DNA of 28,177 nucleotides from Archangiaceae bacterium (GTDB lineage Bacteria > Myxococcota > Myxococcia > Myxococcales > Myxococcaceae), in contig JAYVCD010000337.1 of the NCBI GenBank assembly GCA_043750125.1, positions 1 to 28,177 on the forward strand, read 5' to 3'. Shown in pieces: positions 1 to 9,924 of the stretch (its first letter is position 1; each line of letters opens with the position of its first letter). The notes under the pieces are model-generated. The model saw only the letters and a program-made list of their open reading frames with translations. It did not search any database and was not told the DNA's origin. The position numbers were made by a program, and so were the translations under genes.

Positions 1-1128
1 GAACGAGAAGATGCCACCGCGCGCCTGCGAGCGCTGGTCCGGCCGCTGGCCCTGAAAGGAGAAGCCCTCGTCGCCCAGGACCTGCTGGCGCAGCACGACT
101 TTCTGCTCAAGCACGCAGAGCTCTCTTCCCTGCGCACCGAGCTTCAGCGCCTGGCGCTGGAAAGCGGAAAGGACAGCTGCAAGCGGCTACGGACCCAGGC
201 CTCTGCGGCCGAGCCTCACTGGACCAACCTGGTGGCCCATTATTGCGAGCACTTCTCGGCCGACGCGCCACGCCGCTGGCCGCTGGTCGAAACTTTTGCC
301 GAGGTGCGAGCCACCGTTACCGTTTCGCAACTGACAGACGCGCTTGCGGCCACGCTGCAGGCGGCGTTGATGAAGCAGTTGTACCTGGGCCCCTGGTACT
401 CGCCGGGAGGAACCCAGACCGGCCAGCTCACGGTGAGCGGAATGGTCTCGCAGAGCCGCCGCGAGCGTACGGTGCAGCTGCAGTCGGGGTGGACCGAGCG
501 GGTGCCGTACATCGAGAACGTCACCCGAACCTTCGAAGAGCAGGTCCCGGTCGAAGAGTGCGAGGTCTACGAAGAGAACCAGACGGTGAACAACGTCTCG
601 GTGAAGGTGCAGAAGACGCGCACCGTCACCCGGACCAAGACGCGCAAATACCAGAAGGTGGTGCCCGAGACCCGGTGGCGCGAGGTGCCGAGATCCTTTG
701 AGTACCAAGCATTGCAGGTCGAGCGTGCGCAGTCCTACGCGGTGCGGGTCGAGCTGACCCTGGGCGGGCAGAGCACGGCGACGGCGGGTAGGGACGCCAG
801 CGACGCGCTCACCGGCTATCTGCATGACGTGGTGTTCGCCGAAGCCGGAGTGCACCCCCGGCGGCCCGATTTCCCCCCGCCCGAGGGGTGGGTCGGGGCG
901 CGAGGCTCAGAGCTGGCCGCGAACCTGGCGCAGTCGCAAGGGGACGGCTGGCGCGCGCGCTATTGCCGCGCCGGCGCGTACAACCTCGAGACGGCCGCGC
1001 GGTGTGCCCGGGCGATTGAAGGGCTTCCTTCCGAGGCGATCAACGCCCTGAAGGCCGCGATGGGGAACGACGCGAGCCTCGCGGCGGCTTTGCTGCAAGG
1101 CGGCCTTCAGGTTCCCAAAGCACGGTAG
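1..1128 (+). CDS. Hypothetical protein, 5' truncated by the window edge
   Basis: Frame 1 is open from base 1 to the stop at 1126-1128 (the ORF track starts it at an internal GTG, 232). GC3-rich codons. No family motif recognised. Confidence 0.75.
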   Translation, partial: EREDATARLRALVRPLALKGEALVAQDLLAQHDFLLKHAELSSLRTELQRLALESGKDSCKRLRTQASAAEPHWTNLVAHYCEHFSADAPRRWPLVETFAEVRATVTVSQLTDALAATLQAALMKQLYLGPWYSPGGTQTGQLTVSGMVSQSRRERTVQLQSGWTERVPYIENVTRTFEEQVPVEECEVYEENQTVNNVSVKVQKTRTVTRTKTRKYQKVVPETRWREVPRSFEYQALQVERAQSYAVRVELTLGGQSTATAGRDASDALTGYLHDVVFAEAGVHPRRPDFPPPEGWVGARGSELAANLAQSQGDGWRARYCRAGAYNLETAARCARAIEGLPSEAINALKAAMGNDASLAAALLQGGLQVPKAR

Positions 1129-2024
1129 CGGCGCAGCGTCTCGACTTCGTCGACCTCTGCTTGAAAGCCGGTCGCGGCGACGAACGCCTTGGCGTCGACC
1201 ACCACCGGATATTTCAAGTGCTCGAGCACGCCTTTGGGCAACCGGGGAAAGCCGAACCGGCCGCTGATTCGCGAGAGCAGTGGGCCGGGCAGGGGCAGCG
1301 TCTTGCGCCCGGTCTGTTCGGCGATGGTGGACAGGGGGACCGGCGGAGGCCCTGCGACATTGAAGACGCCGCGCGGCTTTTTCTCGATCGCCAGGCGCAG
1401 CGCGGCGACGGCGTCGGCCTCGTAGAGAAATTGAAACAGCGGGTCGTAGCCGAGCACCAGAGGCACCCGCTTCCCGCGAAGGAACGAGGCCAGGGTGCCC
1501 ATGCGCGAAGGGCCCAGGGTGTAAACCAGGCGCAGCACGGTGGTGATCTGCTTCGGGGCACGCCAGAGCGCCGTCGACGCGAGCAGGTCTGCGGCGACGA
1601 GATCCGACAGCTCGGGGAAGCTCTCGAGCGCCATCGGCGGCTCTTCTTCCACGTGGTACAGCGGCAAGTCGGCCGCCGCTCCGTAGAAAGTGTGCCGGCC
1701 GACGAAGATGACGTGACCCACCCCGTAGGTTGCTGCGTGCTCGAAGACGGCGCGCGTGCCGCCCAGGTTGATTCGGTAGTGCTCTTCGCCCGGAGCGGTG
1801 AGCGAGGTCACCGTCGCCATGTGAACGACGCAGTCGGGCTTCTTCTTGCGAAAGACGTCCTCGGCGGCGCGCTTGCGAAGGTCGACTTCGTGAACCTCGA
1901 TGCCCCTGGGAGCATCGCGCCAGCTGCGCTTGTCGATGCCGGTCACGTCATGACCGCGGTGCGCGAGCGTCACGGCGAGCTGACGGCCGAGTCCTCCGGC
2001 GATGCCCATGATCAAGATCTTCAC
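1107..2024 (-). CDS. NAD-dependent epimerase/dehydratase-like (atypical extended SDR) protein
   Basis: Rossmann motif KILIMGIAGGLG follows a GTG at 2024 that overlaps the upstream TGA (GTGA coupling). Also VVHMA and INLGGT motifs. The canonical YxxxK is not visible. Confidence 0.85.
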   Translation of the reverse strand: MKILIMGIAGGLGRQLAVTLAHRGHDVTGIDKRSWRDAPRGIEVHEVDLRKRAAEDVFRKKKPDCVVHMATVTSLTAPGEEHYRINLGGTRAVFEHAATYGVGHVIFVGRHTFYGAAADLPLYHVEEEPPMALESFPELSDLVAADLLASTALWRAPKQITTVLRLVYTLGPSRMGTLASFLRGKRVPLVLGYDPLFQFLYEADAVAALRLAIEKKPRGVFNVAGPPPVPLSTIAEQTGRKTLPLPGPLLSRISGRFGFPRLPKGVLEHLKYPVVVDAKAFVAATGFQAEVDEVETLRRYRALGT

Positions 2025-2839
2025 GCTGCGTCCTCGCGGTGCTTGCGGACGTGGCGCGACTTGCGACCGTTTTCGATCAAGTCGGCGATGCGCTGCTTGA
2101 CCTGCGCGACGTAGCCATCGATCACGCTGTCGTCTTCCGAGCCGTTTCCCTCGAAGACCATCGCGGACCCGTAGTGCACCTCGAGGCTGACCGGCAGCGG
2201 CAGCGAAACGAGGTACGGGGTCACGGGGATGTACGGCACCCCGAGCAGCTTCCCCAGCGCGTAGGCATTGGTGATGGTCGGAATTGCTGCACCGCCGCCG
2301 AGGAACCCGAAGGGAATGATCGGGCTTCGGGTCTTCAACGCGAGGCGAATGAAGCCGGATCCGAAGTCCACCAGCGAATAGCGCTCGGTGTAGAGCTTGG
2401 CCGTGCCGCGCGCGCCCTCGGGGAAGACGATCAGCATCCGGTCGTCTTCGAGCAGGCGCAGCGCGTGCTCGGGAAGGCCGGTGAGCTGGCCGGTGCGAGA
2501 GCTCCACAGCGACGCGAGCGGAAGGGTGTTGATGAACTTGTCGGCCATCGCATGCGCGAGCCGCGGAGGATCCATCTCGAGCAGCATCGAGGCCAACACC
2601 ATCGCCCCGTCGATCGCCACGCCCCCCGAGTGGTTCCCGACCAGCATCGCCCTGCCGCGGGGAGGGACGTTCGCAATCCCGAACGCCTTGACCCGGAAAT
2701 ACCGGCGGTAGAGGAAGCCGAGCGCGGTGAAGGCGACCTTGAGATGTTTTTTCGAGACTCCGTAGGGATCGATGCCCAGCGCGTTGAAACCCAGCTCGAC
2801 CCGATCCACCAAATCCCCAATCCGCTCGTCGCGTGCCAT
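2021..2839 (-). CDS. Lysophospholipid/glycerol acyltransferase (PlsC-like family)
   Basis: NHSGGVAID (HxxxxD-type motif) and the FPEG motif. Confidence 0.9.
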   Translation of the reverse strand: MARDERIGDLVDRVELGFNALGIDPYGVSKKHLKVAFTALGFLYRRYFRVKAFGIANVPPRGRAMLVGNHSGGVAIDGAMVLASMLLEMDPPRLAHAMADKFINTLPLASLWSSRTGQLTGLPEHALRLLEDDRMLIVFPEGARGTAKLYTERYSLVDFGSGFIRLALKTRSPIIPFGFLGGGAAIPTITNAYALGKLLGVPYIPVTPYLVSLPLPVSLEVHYGSAMVFEGNGSEDDSVIDGYVAQVKQRIADLIENGRKSRHVRKHREDAA

Positions 2840-2883
2840 GGGCGGCGGACGTTAACGCAGGCCCGTCTGCCCGACGTGAGTAC

Positions 2884-3381
2884 TTAGCGAACCCTCGAAG
2901 CAGGCTTGGACGAAATCGAGGCCCTGGCGAGGAAGGCCTCGAGGGTCCACGACGCCTGGGACACGTCGAGCAGCGTGGCAAAACGCCCGAGCTCCACGTC
3001 GCGGCTGCTCCCTTCGACGAAGAGCACCCACAGCGAGAGGGAATAGCCCTTGGGGTCCTGGGTGAAGAAGGTGCAGATCAGCCGGGTCTCGACGCGGGCA
3101 GCTTCCATCGGCTCGTCGTCGACCCGCACTGCATCCGGGTGAAGACTGAGCCTCACTTCGAAGTGTCGCAGAGCCGCGCTGAGCTTCGGCAGCAGCCAGG
3201 GTAAAAACCCCGCGCCGACCCCGAGGACGATCATCCCGTACAGAGAAGTGGGACCCAGGGCCAGCACTCCTGCGATCCAGACGACCAGCGCGAGCACCGG
3301 CGCAATCGCTGCACGCGGATTTCGCGGCCGACGAACGGTGAGCACTGCTTCCGAGTTCTGCTGAAATTCGACGCCGCGCAC
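2884..3381 (-). CDS. Hypothetical membrane protein (2 TM segments)
   Basis: 165-aa ORF with two hydrophobic segments, co-oriented 9 bp downstream of the dehydrogenase gene. Confidence 0.6.
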   Translation of the reverse strand: MRGVEFQQNSEAVLTVRRPRNPRAAIAPVLALVVWIAGVLALGPTSLYGMIVLGVGAGFLPWLLPKLSAALRHFEVRLSLHPDAVRVDDEPMEAARVETRLICTFFTQDPKGYSLSLWVLFVEGSSRDVELGRFATLLDVSQASWTLEAFLARASISSKPASRVR

Positions 3382-3390
3382 CCGACAAGT

Positions 3391-4467
3391 CTAACCGAGA
3401 GAATCGCGGCGTCTGGTCCCTGGCACTTCGAGAACGAAATCGATTCCGAAGGCCTGCGACGGAGCCAGAGTCCCCACCGGCCGACGGGCGATCACCCCTT
3501 CGACGGCGAGGATGGCGGCGTGACGGGTGAAGTCGTAGCCCTCAGCGGTGTCCAGCCAGCCTTCGGCGAAGGCCCCCGCCCGGGTGCTCACCCTAGCGTG
3601 AAGGTAGGAGCGGCCCTTTTCGCGTTCGGCGGCATCGGGGCCGCGGGTGCGAGCCTCGATAACGGCATCGATGCGAGAGCGAATCGCCGGGGCGCGAAGC
3701 AGACTCGAGAGCACGGGCAGCCCGACGACACCCAGCGGCCACAGCGCCTGCAAAGATTTCGCAAGCGCGCCCGGGATGGCGAGCGAAACGGTGATGTTTG
3801 GAATTTCGGTGCTGTGCCAGGCGGTGACGAGATCTGCAATCGGCCCCGGAACGACGGGCGAAGATCGATGGCTGAACTGCACGAGGTGAACGCCTTTTCC
3901 CATCGGGTAGGGCACCAGGATGCCACCGCGGCGAACTTTGCCTCCGTTCGGCAAGATTCCCACCAGTGACTTCGCGGTCCCCGCCGAGGGTTGGCCCAGC
4001 ATGGCGAGCGCCAGGTCGAGGGTGTCGGCGCCGGGCAGCCTCGATGAGACCCAGGCGGCCAGACAATCGGAAGGCACCACGTCGAAACCCACTCCGGGAA
4101 TGAGCGCGATCTTCTTCGCTTTGGCTTCGGCGTCGCGCGCGAAGAGCGCCTCGAATACCGGCAGCTCGCCGGTGATGTCGAGGTAGCTGCAGCCGACAGC
4201 GAGGCAGGCGTCGGCCATCGGTTGGCTGGTCTGAATGAACGGCCCCGCCGCGTGAAGCACCACCGCCGCGCCCTGCAGCAACGCGCGCAGGCCTGCCGAA
4301 TCGTCGAGCGCCACTGCCTTCCACTTCAGGCTCAGCCGCTCGCCCAGGGCCCGAAGCTTCGGCTCGCTGCGCCCGGCGAGCAGCGGCCGGTGTCCACGGC
4401 GAACGGCCTCTTCTGCGAGCAATACCCCGGTGTAGCCCGTCGCGCCGTAGAGGACCCAGTTGGACAC
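3391..4467 (-). CDS. Saccharopine dehydrogenase-like oxidoreductase
   Basis: YGATGYTG, AGR, HAAGPF, YLDITGE and GFDVVPSD motifs typical of the family. Confidence 0.9.
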   Translation of the reverse strand: MSNWVLYGATGYTGVLLAEEAVRRGHRPLLAGRSEPKLRALGERLSLKWKAVALDDSAGLRALLQGAAVVLHAAGPFIQTSQPMADACLAVGCSYLDITGELPVFEALFARDAEAKAKKIALIPGVGFDVVPSDCLAAWVSSRLPGADTLDLALAMLGQPSAGTAKSLVGILPNGGKVRRGGILVPYPMGKGVHLVQFSHRSSPVVPGPIADLVTAWHSTEIPNITVSLAIPGALAKSLQALWPLGVVGLPVLSSLLRAPAIRSRIDAVIEARTRGPDAAEREKGRSYLHARVSTRAGAFAEGWLDTAEGYDFTRHAAILAVEGVIARRPVGTLAPSQAFGIDFVLEVPGTRRRDSLG

Positions 4468-4552
4468 GCCGCGGACACTACCCGACTCTCTTCAATGCGC
4501 GGGTCGACGTTCTATCGCTGGCGTCGGCAACGGATAGGATGCCGCCTCTTCC

Positions 4553-4924
4553 ATGAGCGACTCCGAGAGCAAGGACGACGACCGCCGCAAACATGCCCGA
4601 ACGCCCCTCTCGCTGCTGGTGCAGTTTCGGTTCAATACGTTCGAAGATTTCCTCGCCGACTACTCGCACGACATTTCCCCGGGCGGGATGTTCATCCGCA
4701 CCGACGAGCCGCAGGAAGAAGGCAGCATGATCTACCTCCAGTTCTCGCTCAAAGACGGCAGCCGGTTGATCGAAGGAATGGGCCGGGTGATGCGGTGCAA
4801 CCCTCCGGGCGTCGCGGGCCGGGTGGCGGGAATGGGGATCGAGTTCGTCAACTTCGATGATGAGTCGATGGCGCTGATCCAGGAAATCTGCTCGACCCGA
4901 CAAACCCCTCGCTCGAAGAACTGA
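4553..4924 (+). CDS. PilZ-domain protein (myxococcal TIGR02266-like)
   Basis: RxxxR (RRKHAR) and DxSxGG (DISPGG) c-di-GMP-binding motifs, plus GMGIEF. Confidence 0.9.
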   Translation: MSDSESKDDDRRKHARTPLSLLVQFRFNTFEDFLADYSHDISPGGMFIRTDEPQEEGSMIYLQFSLKDGSRLIEGMGRVMRCNPPGVAGRVAGMGIEFVNFDDESMALIQEICSTRQTPRSKN

Positions 4925-4936
4925 AAAGACACTCCC

Positions 4937-6370
4937 TTGGGCCTGCGCGCACGGCTGCTGCTGGCCTTCCTCGTCCCCACCTGGCTGCTCCTCGCGGGGG
5001 CCGGTTTCTTCGGCTACCAGTTCAGCCGCAATCTGCTCGAAGGGCAGCTGGGCGCCTCGCTGTCTTCGGTCGCGGCCACCGTCTCTTCCCAGGTCTCGGC
5101 AGAACGACTGCTCTCGATTGCCGAGGGCGACGACAAGGGCGAAGGCTCTCGTACCTGGCGATCTCTGTCTCGGGAATTGACCGAAGCGAAGAACGCCGCC
5201 GGCGCCCAGCGGGTGTTTGCGTTCGACCGCGAAGGCCGGGTGCGACTGGATGTCGGAGGAGGCTTGCCCGCGATGGCCTCGGTGCCCGAGCTGCTGCGCG
5301 ATGGCGTCGAGCTCGAAGAGGTGTGGAAGGGCAACCGCAGCGCTTCACAGGTGTTGTTCGAGGGAAACGATGGGCGGCTGTACAAGACGGGCTACGCGCC
5401 GCTGTGGCGAGATGGAAACGTGGCGGGGGCGATCGGGGTCGAGGGCAGCGCCGAATTTTTTGGGCCGCTGCGAACGTTGGCGCGCAGCTTCCTCGGGTGG
5501 ATGGTGGCGACGCTGATGGTGTTGGCCGTGGCGGCGCTGGTCACGGCCCGGGTGCTGTCGGTGCCGCTCGAACGGCTGGTCACGGCGGCGACGCGCATCG
5601 GAGCAGGCGACCTCGTCACCCCGGTTGCCCCCGAGCGGACGGTGGAAATCGGAAGTCTGGCCCGCCAGCTCGAGGCGATGCGCGAGGCGCTCGAGAGCCG
5701 GGACCGCCAGCTGAAGATGATGCTCGGCGGAGTCGCGCACGAGGTGAAGAACCCGCTCGGAGGCATCGAGCTCTTCGCCGGGCTGCTGCACGAAGAGCTC
5801 AGCACCGCGATTCCGAATACCGCCGATGCGCTCAAGCACACCGCGTGGATTCAGCGCGAGCTCGACTACCTCAAGCGCATCGTCGACGACTTTCTGGCCT
5901 TCGCCCGCGAGCAGAAGATGGCGCAGGCCCGCTTCGCCGCGCTGGAATGGATTCAGACCGCGGTGGACCTGATCACCGGAGACGCCCGGCAGAAGTCGGT
6001 GACGCTCGAAGTGAAGGCCGACGACGCGCCGCTGGAGGGCGACTTCAACCTGCTGACTTCAGCGTTGGTGAACCTGGTCAAGAACGCGGTGCAGGCGTCC
6101 CCCGAAGGGAAGACCGTCAAGCTCGTGGGTCGCAACCAGGGGCCTTGCTATGTGGTGGAAGTGAGCGACGAGGGAGCGGGGATTGCGGCCGAGCTGCAGG
6201 CGCGAATTTTCGAACCCTTCTTCACGACCCGGGAAAAGGGCACCGGGCTCGGGCTGCCGTTGGCGCGGAAGCTGACCGAGGCGCACCGCGGAACCCTGAG
6301 CCTCGAGTCGACGCCGGGGAAGACCACCTTCCGGTTGGCGCTGCCGTTGGCTGCAGGCGACCGAGGCTGA
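4937..6370 (+). CDS. Membrane sensor histidine kinase (periplasmic domain, HAMP, HisKA, HATPase)
   Basis: Two TM segments and a HAMP region. H-box AHEVKNPL, N-box NLVKNAVQA, DEGAGI, FEPFFTT, GTGLGL. TTG start. Confidence 0.93.
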   Translation: MGLRARLLLAFLVPTWLLLAGAGFFGYQFSRNLLEGQLGASLSSVAATVSSQVSAERLLSIAEGDDKGEGSRTWRSLSRELTEAKNAAGAQRVFAFDREGRVRLDVGGGLPAMASVPELLRDGVELEEVWKGNRSASQVLFEGNDGRLYKTGYAPLWRDGNVAGAIGVEGSAEFFGPLRTLARSFLGWMVATLMVLAVAALVTARVLSVPLERLVTAATRIGAGDLVTPVAPERTVEIGSLARQLEAMREALESRDRQLKMMLGGVAHEVKNPLGGIELFAGLLHEELSTAIPNTADALKHTAWIQRELDYLKRIVDDFLAFAREQKMAQARFAALEWIQTAVDLITGDARQKSVTLEVKADDAPLEGDFNLLTSALVNLVKNAVQASPEGKTVKLVGRNQGPCYVVEVSDEGAGIAAELQARIFEPFFTTREKGTGLGLPLARKLTEAHRGTLSLESTPGKTTFRLALPLAAGDRG

Positions 6371-6382
6371 GAAGAGCCGGCT

Positions 6383-7348
6383 TCAGGGCGAGGAAATCGA
6401 AACCTGGTAGCTCAAGTCGTTCGCCGTCTCGGACAGGTTGTCGACCGCGATCAGGTAGTCGCCCGGGGGCAGCGTGCCGCCCAACCGCGAGTCGGTGTTC
6501 GAGACCGCGATGTCGTCGTTGGTGCCGAACCAGTTGTTGGAAGTGGTGTTGTAGATTGTCAGTCGGGTGTCGAGGTCCGAGGCCGGCGCTTTGCTCTTGG
6601 CCAGCACGTTGACGGTGACCGCGGTCGAAGTGGCGAGGGTGAAGCGGTAGAGGGCGGACGCGTAGCGGTTGGCGAAAAGGCCGTTGGTGGTGCTGGGCAC
6701 GAGCACGGAAGTCGGCGTCCGGGTCGATGCTTCCGACGAGAGGACGTAGGCGTGGAGCGCGCTGCCGACGTTCTGCGATGACGCGGAAGGAACGTTGCGT
6801 GAATCGCGCACGACAACGGCGTAATTTCCGGTCTTCAACACCAGCTGCTCGATCGTCACCGCACTGCCCACGCTTCCGCGCGAGACGAGAATCGGAACCG
6901 TGTTGAGCGCTTCGCTGATCGTCAGGTGGGGCGCGAGCACCGGGCTCTTCGCCTCGACGGTCCACCGCACCTGCTGGCCCGCGGTGAGAAGGACGGTGAA
7001 GACGTCGAGGTCGTTCGCGACGCCGATCGCGCCCTGCCTGGCCCCGGGGACCGTGATGCTGTCGACCTGGGCGCCGTTGTTCGGCTCCATTTCGAACGGG
7101 ATTCCGGCGTCGACGCCCCCGTCGAGCGACCCTCCCCCGCCGGTGCCAGTACCGCCGCCTGTGCCTCCCGCCGTTCCGCCGCCCGAACCTCCCGCAGTTC
7201 CTCCGCCCGAACCTCCCGCGGTTCCTCCGCCCGAGCCGCCACCGACGCTACCGAAGGAGCCGCCTCCTCCGTTGCCCCCGCCGGTGCCGCCCGTCGTGGA
7301 CCCACAGCCGAGAAGACCAACCAGAACCAGCAAGCAGGCAGCGCGCAT
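6383..7348 (-). CDS. Lipoprotein with Gly-rich linker and two PPC (pre-peptidase C-terminal)-like domains
   Basis: Lipobox LLGC, GGSGGGTA repeats, EMEPNN, DLDVF and DTRLTIY...NDD...DSRL...LPPGDYLIAV motifs. Confidence 0.8.
   Translation of the reverse strand: MRAACLLVLVGLLGCGSTTGGTGGGNGGGGSFGSVGGGSGGGTAGGSGGGTAGGSGGGTAGGTGGGTGTGGGGSLDGGVDAGIPFEMEPNNGAQVDSITVPGARQGAIGVANDLDVFTVLLTAGQQVRWTVEAKSPVLAPHLTISEALNTVPILVSRGSVGSAVTIEQLVLKTGNYAVVVRDSRNVPSASSQNVGSALHAYVLSSEASTRTPTSVLVPSTTNGLFANRYASALYRFTLATSTAVTVNVLAKSKAPASDLDTRLTIYNTTSNNWFGTNDDIAVSNTDSRLGGTLPPGDYLIAVDNLSETANDLSYQVSISSP
7164..7243 (-). repeat. Imperfect 24-bp coding tandem repeat (GGSGGGTA, about 3 copies)
   Basis: Repeated gttcc(t/g)ccgcccga units on the + strand encode the Gly-rich linker. 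Confidence 0.75.
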
Positions 7349-7375
7349 CGCCGCGACGTACCACGACAGGCCTTC

Positions 7376-7930
7376 TCAAGCTGCGACGAGGCGCCGCGCC
7401 TTCTCGAGCATTCGCCGCAGCGGCTCTTCGTCGGCGCGGCGAAGGGCTTCGTCCCACCCCAGCCACTGCGCCCCATGCGATTCGCCGGGATCATGCGCGA
7501 GCGCATCGGGGTCGAGGGCCACCACCAGATACCGAACGTCCAGATGCCGATGCTCGGGCTCTGACTTGCGGGCCGGAATCACGTGGACGTCGAGATCGAA
7601 CGGCACCGGCGCCTGGGGATGCAGCTTCACTTCGAGTCCGGTCTCTTCGCGCGCCTCGCGCAGCGCCGTCTGTTCCATCGAGCCCTGGTCCGCGGAGTCC
7701 GCGTGACCGCCCGGCTGCAGCCACCGGTTGAGCTTGCCGTGCAGCAGCAGGCAGACCCGCTGTCCGTCCGGGCTGACCACCACCGCGCTGCCGGTAAAGT
7801 GCGCGGGCCATTGGCTTCGTGAAAAGGGGTCGGCCAGGGCCTGGGCGAAGTCCCGCATCAGGGCCAGATCCAGGGCCTCCTTTCCTTCGGTGGGAGCAAA
7901 TCCAGCAAGAAGCGACGTCAGGTTCTTCAT
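7376..7930 (-). CDS. NUDIX hydrolase
   Basis: Nudix box GGHAD...ALREAREETGL, with HFTGSA, WLQPGGH and HLDVRY. Confidence 0.92.
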   Translation of the reverse strand: MKNLTSLLAGFAPTEGKEALDLALMRDFAQALADPFSRSQWPAHFTGSAVVVSPDGQRVCLLLHGKLNRWLQPGGHADSADQGSMEQTALREAREETGLEVKLHPQAPVPFDLDVHVIPARKSEPEHRHLDVRYLVVALDPDALAHDPGESHGAQWLGWDEALRRADEEPLRRMLEKARRLVAA

Positions 7931-7938
7931 GAAAGCGT

Positions 7939-9366
7939 ATGGTGCCCGCCGCTTTGGCCCGCGTCATCATCATCGACGACAACGACACCATGCGAGAGGG
8001 CATGGCGGTGACTCTGAAAAAGAGCGGCCATGAAGTGCTCGCGTTCCGCAGCGGGGTCGACGGTCTGGCCGCCTACGAGAAGTCGCCCGCCGACCTCGTC
8101 GTCACCGATTTGAAGATGGATTCGCTCGACGGAATCGAGGTGGTCAAGCGCCTCAGGGCCTTCGACCCCAACGCCGTCGCGCTGGTGGTCACCGCTTTTG
8201 GGACGATCGAAGTTGCGGTCGAAGCGATGAAGCACGGCGCGGCCGACTTCCTCACCAAGCCGTTCACGCCCGACGTGCTGCGCGCGAAGGTCTCTTCAGC
8301 GCTCGAGTTGTCGAAGGCCCGCGCGCAGGTGGTGAGGCTCAAAGCGCACCACGAGGTGCTCGTCTCGGACGCCGCGCGGGGTCAGGCGCTGGTGGGAGAC
8401 AGCGAGCCGATTCGCTTGCTGCTGGAAAAGACGCGGAAGGCGGCGATCAGCGATGCGACGGTGATCATTCACGGCGAGTCGGGGACGGGCAAAGAGCTGG
8501 TCGCACGAATGCTGCACGACCAATCTCCACGTCACGCAGGTCCGTTCATCGTCACCCACTGCGCGGCGCTGGCCGAGACCCTGCTCGAAAGCGAGCTCTT
8601 CGGCCACGAGCGAGGATCCTTCACCGGAGCGGTGAAACGAAAGCTGGGCCGCTTCGAGCTCGCCGACGGCGGCACCATCTTCCTCGACGAAATCGGCGAA
8701 ATCTCAGCGACCGTGCAGACCAAGTTGCTGCGCGTTCTGCAGCAGCACGAGATCCAGCGGGTCGGCGGCGAAGAGACGGTGAAGGTGAACGTGCGGGTGG
8801 TGAGCGCGACCCACCGCGACTTGAAAGCCGAGGTCGCCGCCGGACGTTTCCGTGAGGACCTGTACTACCGGCTGCACATCGTGCCGCTCGATCTGCCACC
8901 GCTGCGCGAGCGGCCCGAGGACATCGGCCAGCTCGCCCGGCATTTCGTCGGCAAGCACGCTCCTCGAATCAACGCCCGGGTGAAGAACATCACCTCCGAG
9001 GCACTCTCGGCGTTGTGCCGTTACGCCTGGCCGGGAAATGTGCGCGAGCTCGAGAACGCGATCGAGCAGTCGCTGGTGTTCGCAGAAGGCGACAGCCTCG
9101 ATGAGAAAGAGCTGCCCGCCTTCCTCCAGTCCTCGACGATGCGGGCGCAGAGCGTTCAAGGCGCACTGCCCATTCCGCACGGAGACCGTCCCCTTCCCGA
9201 CATCCTCGAGGATCTCGAACGCCAGCTGATCGAGCGTGCGTACGAGAAAGCCAACAAGGTGAAGACCGAGACCGCGCGCCTGCTCGGGATCAAGACCAGC
9301 GCGCTGTATTACAAGCTCGAGAAGTACGGGTTCATCCAGAAGGGAGAGAAGCCCGTCGAGGAATAA
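7939..9366 (+). CDS. Sigma-54-dependent response regulator (NtrC family: REC-AAA+-Fis HTH)
   Basis: REC (IIDD...TDLKM), Walker [15 protein letters not shown] loop, [15 protein letters not shown] and a C-terminal HTH. The true start may be the TTG at 7954. Confidence 0.95.
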   Translation: MVPAALARVIIIDDNDTMREGMAVTLKKSGHEVLAFRSGVDGLAAYEKSPADLVVTDLKMDSLDGIEVVKRLRAFDPNAVALVVTAFGTIEVAVEAMKHGAADFLTKPFTPDVLRAKVSSALELSKARAQVVRLKAHHEVLVSDAARGQALVGDSEPIRLLLEKTRKAAISDATVIIHGESGTGKELVARMLHDQSPRHAGPFIVTHCAALAETLLESELFGHERGSFTGAVKRKLGRFELADGGTIFLDEIGEISATVQTKLLRVLQQHEIQRVGGEETVKVNVRVVSATHRDLKAEVAAGRFREDLYYRLHIVPLDLPPLRERPEDIGQLARHFVGKHAPRINARVKNITSEALSALCRYAWPGNVRELENAIEQSLVFAEGDSLDEKELPAFLQSSTMRAQSVQGALPIPHGDRPLPDILEDLERQLIERAYEKANKVKTETARLLGIKTSALYYKLEKYGFIQKGEKPVEE

Positions 9367-9386
9367 CCGTTTTCACCAGCCTCTGT

Positions 9387-9890
9387 TCATTCCAGCAGGC
9401 TGCGAAGCATCCACGCCGTCTTCTCGTGAATCTGCAACCGCTGGGTCAGCAGGTCCGCCGTCGACTCATCCGACGCCTTGTCGGCCACCGCGAAGAGCTT
9501 GCGGGCCGTGCGCACCACCGCCTCGTGGTCTCGTACCAGCATTCGCACCATCTCGGTCGCCTCGGGCACTCCTTTCGCTTCGGGAATCGAGGTGAGCCGT
9601 CCCCAATCGCTGTAGCTGGCCAACGCCGGAACTCCGAGTGCACGAATCCGTTCGGCGATCAGGTCCTCGGCGAGCCAGAGCTCGTTGTACTGAGTCTCGA
9701 ACATCAGGTGCAGGGTCTGGAACATCGGGCCGGTGACGTTCCAATGAAAGTTATGCGTCTTCAGGTACAGCGAGGCCGTGTCTGCGAGCAGCCGCTGCAG
9801 CCCCTCGGCCAGCGCCTTCCGGTCTTTTTCGTCGATGCCGATGTCGATCGGCGGTGCCGCAGGGGGGGTCGCCTGGATTTTCAGTGCCAC
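9387..9890 (-). CDS. dps: Dps family DNA-protecting ferritin-like protein
   Basis: [21 protein letters not shown] and HEKTAWML. The GTG start at 9890 is preceded by an AGGAG RBS (9896-9900). Confidence 0.95.
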   Translation of the reverse strand: MALKIQATPPAAPPIDIGIDEKDRKALAEGLQRLLADTASLYLKTHNFHWNVTGPMFQTLHLMFETQYNELWLAEDLIAERIRALGVPALASYSDWGRLTSIPEAKGVPEATEMVRMLVRDHEAVVRTARKLFAVADKASDESTADLLTQRLQIHEKTAWMLRSLLE

Positions 9891-9924
9891 GGAAGCTCCT
9901 GGATGGGTGTGGCTGAGCGAATAA

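Noticed and set aside
2025..2981. N-terminal 319 aa of the 624-aa ORF 1107..2981 as a fusion or overlapping gene
   Set aside because: It is an Arg/Pro-rich off-frame read-through of the acyltransferase. The real SDR begins at GTG 2024.
9367..9386. Pxr-like sRNA downstream of the NtrC gene
   Set aside because: Only 20 bp separate the activator from the convergent dps, so there is no room.
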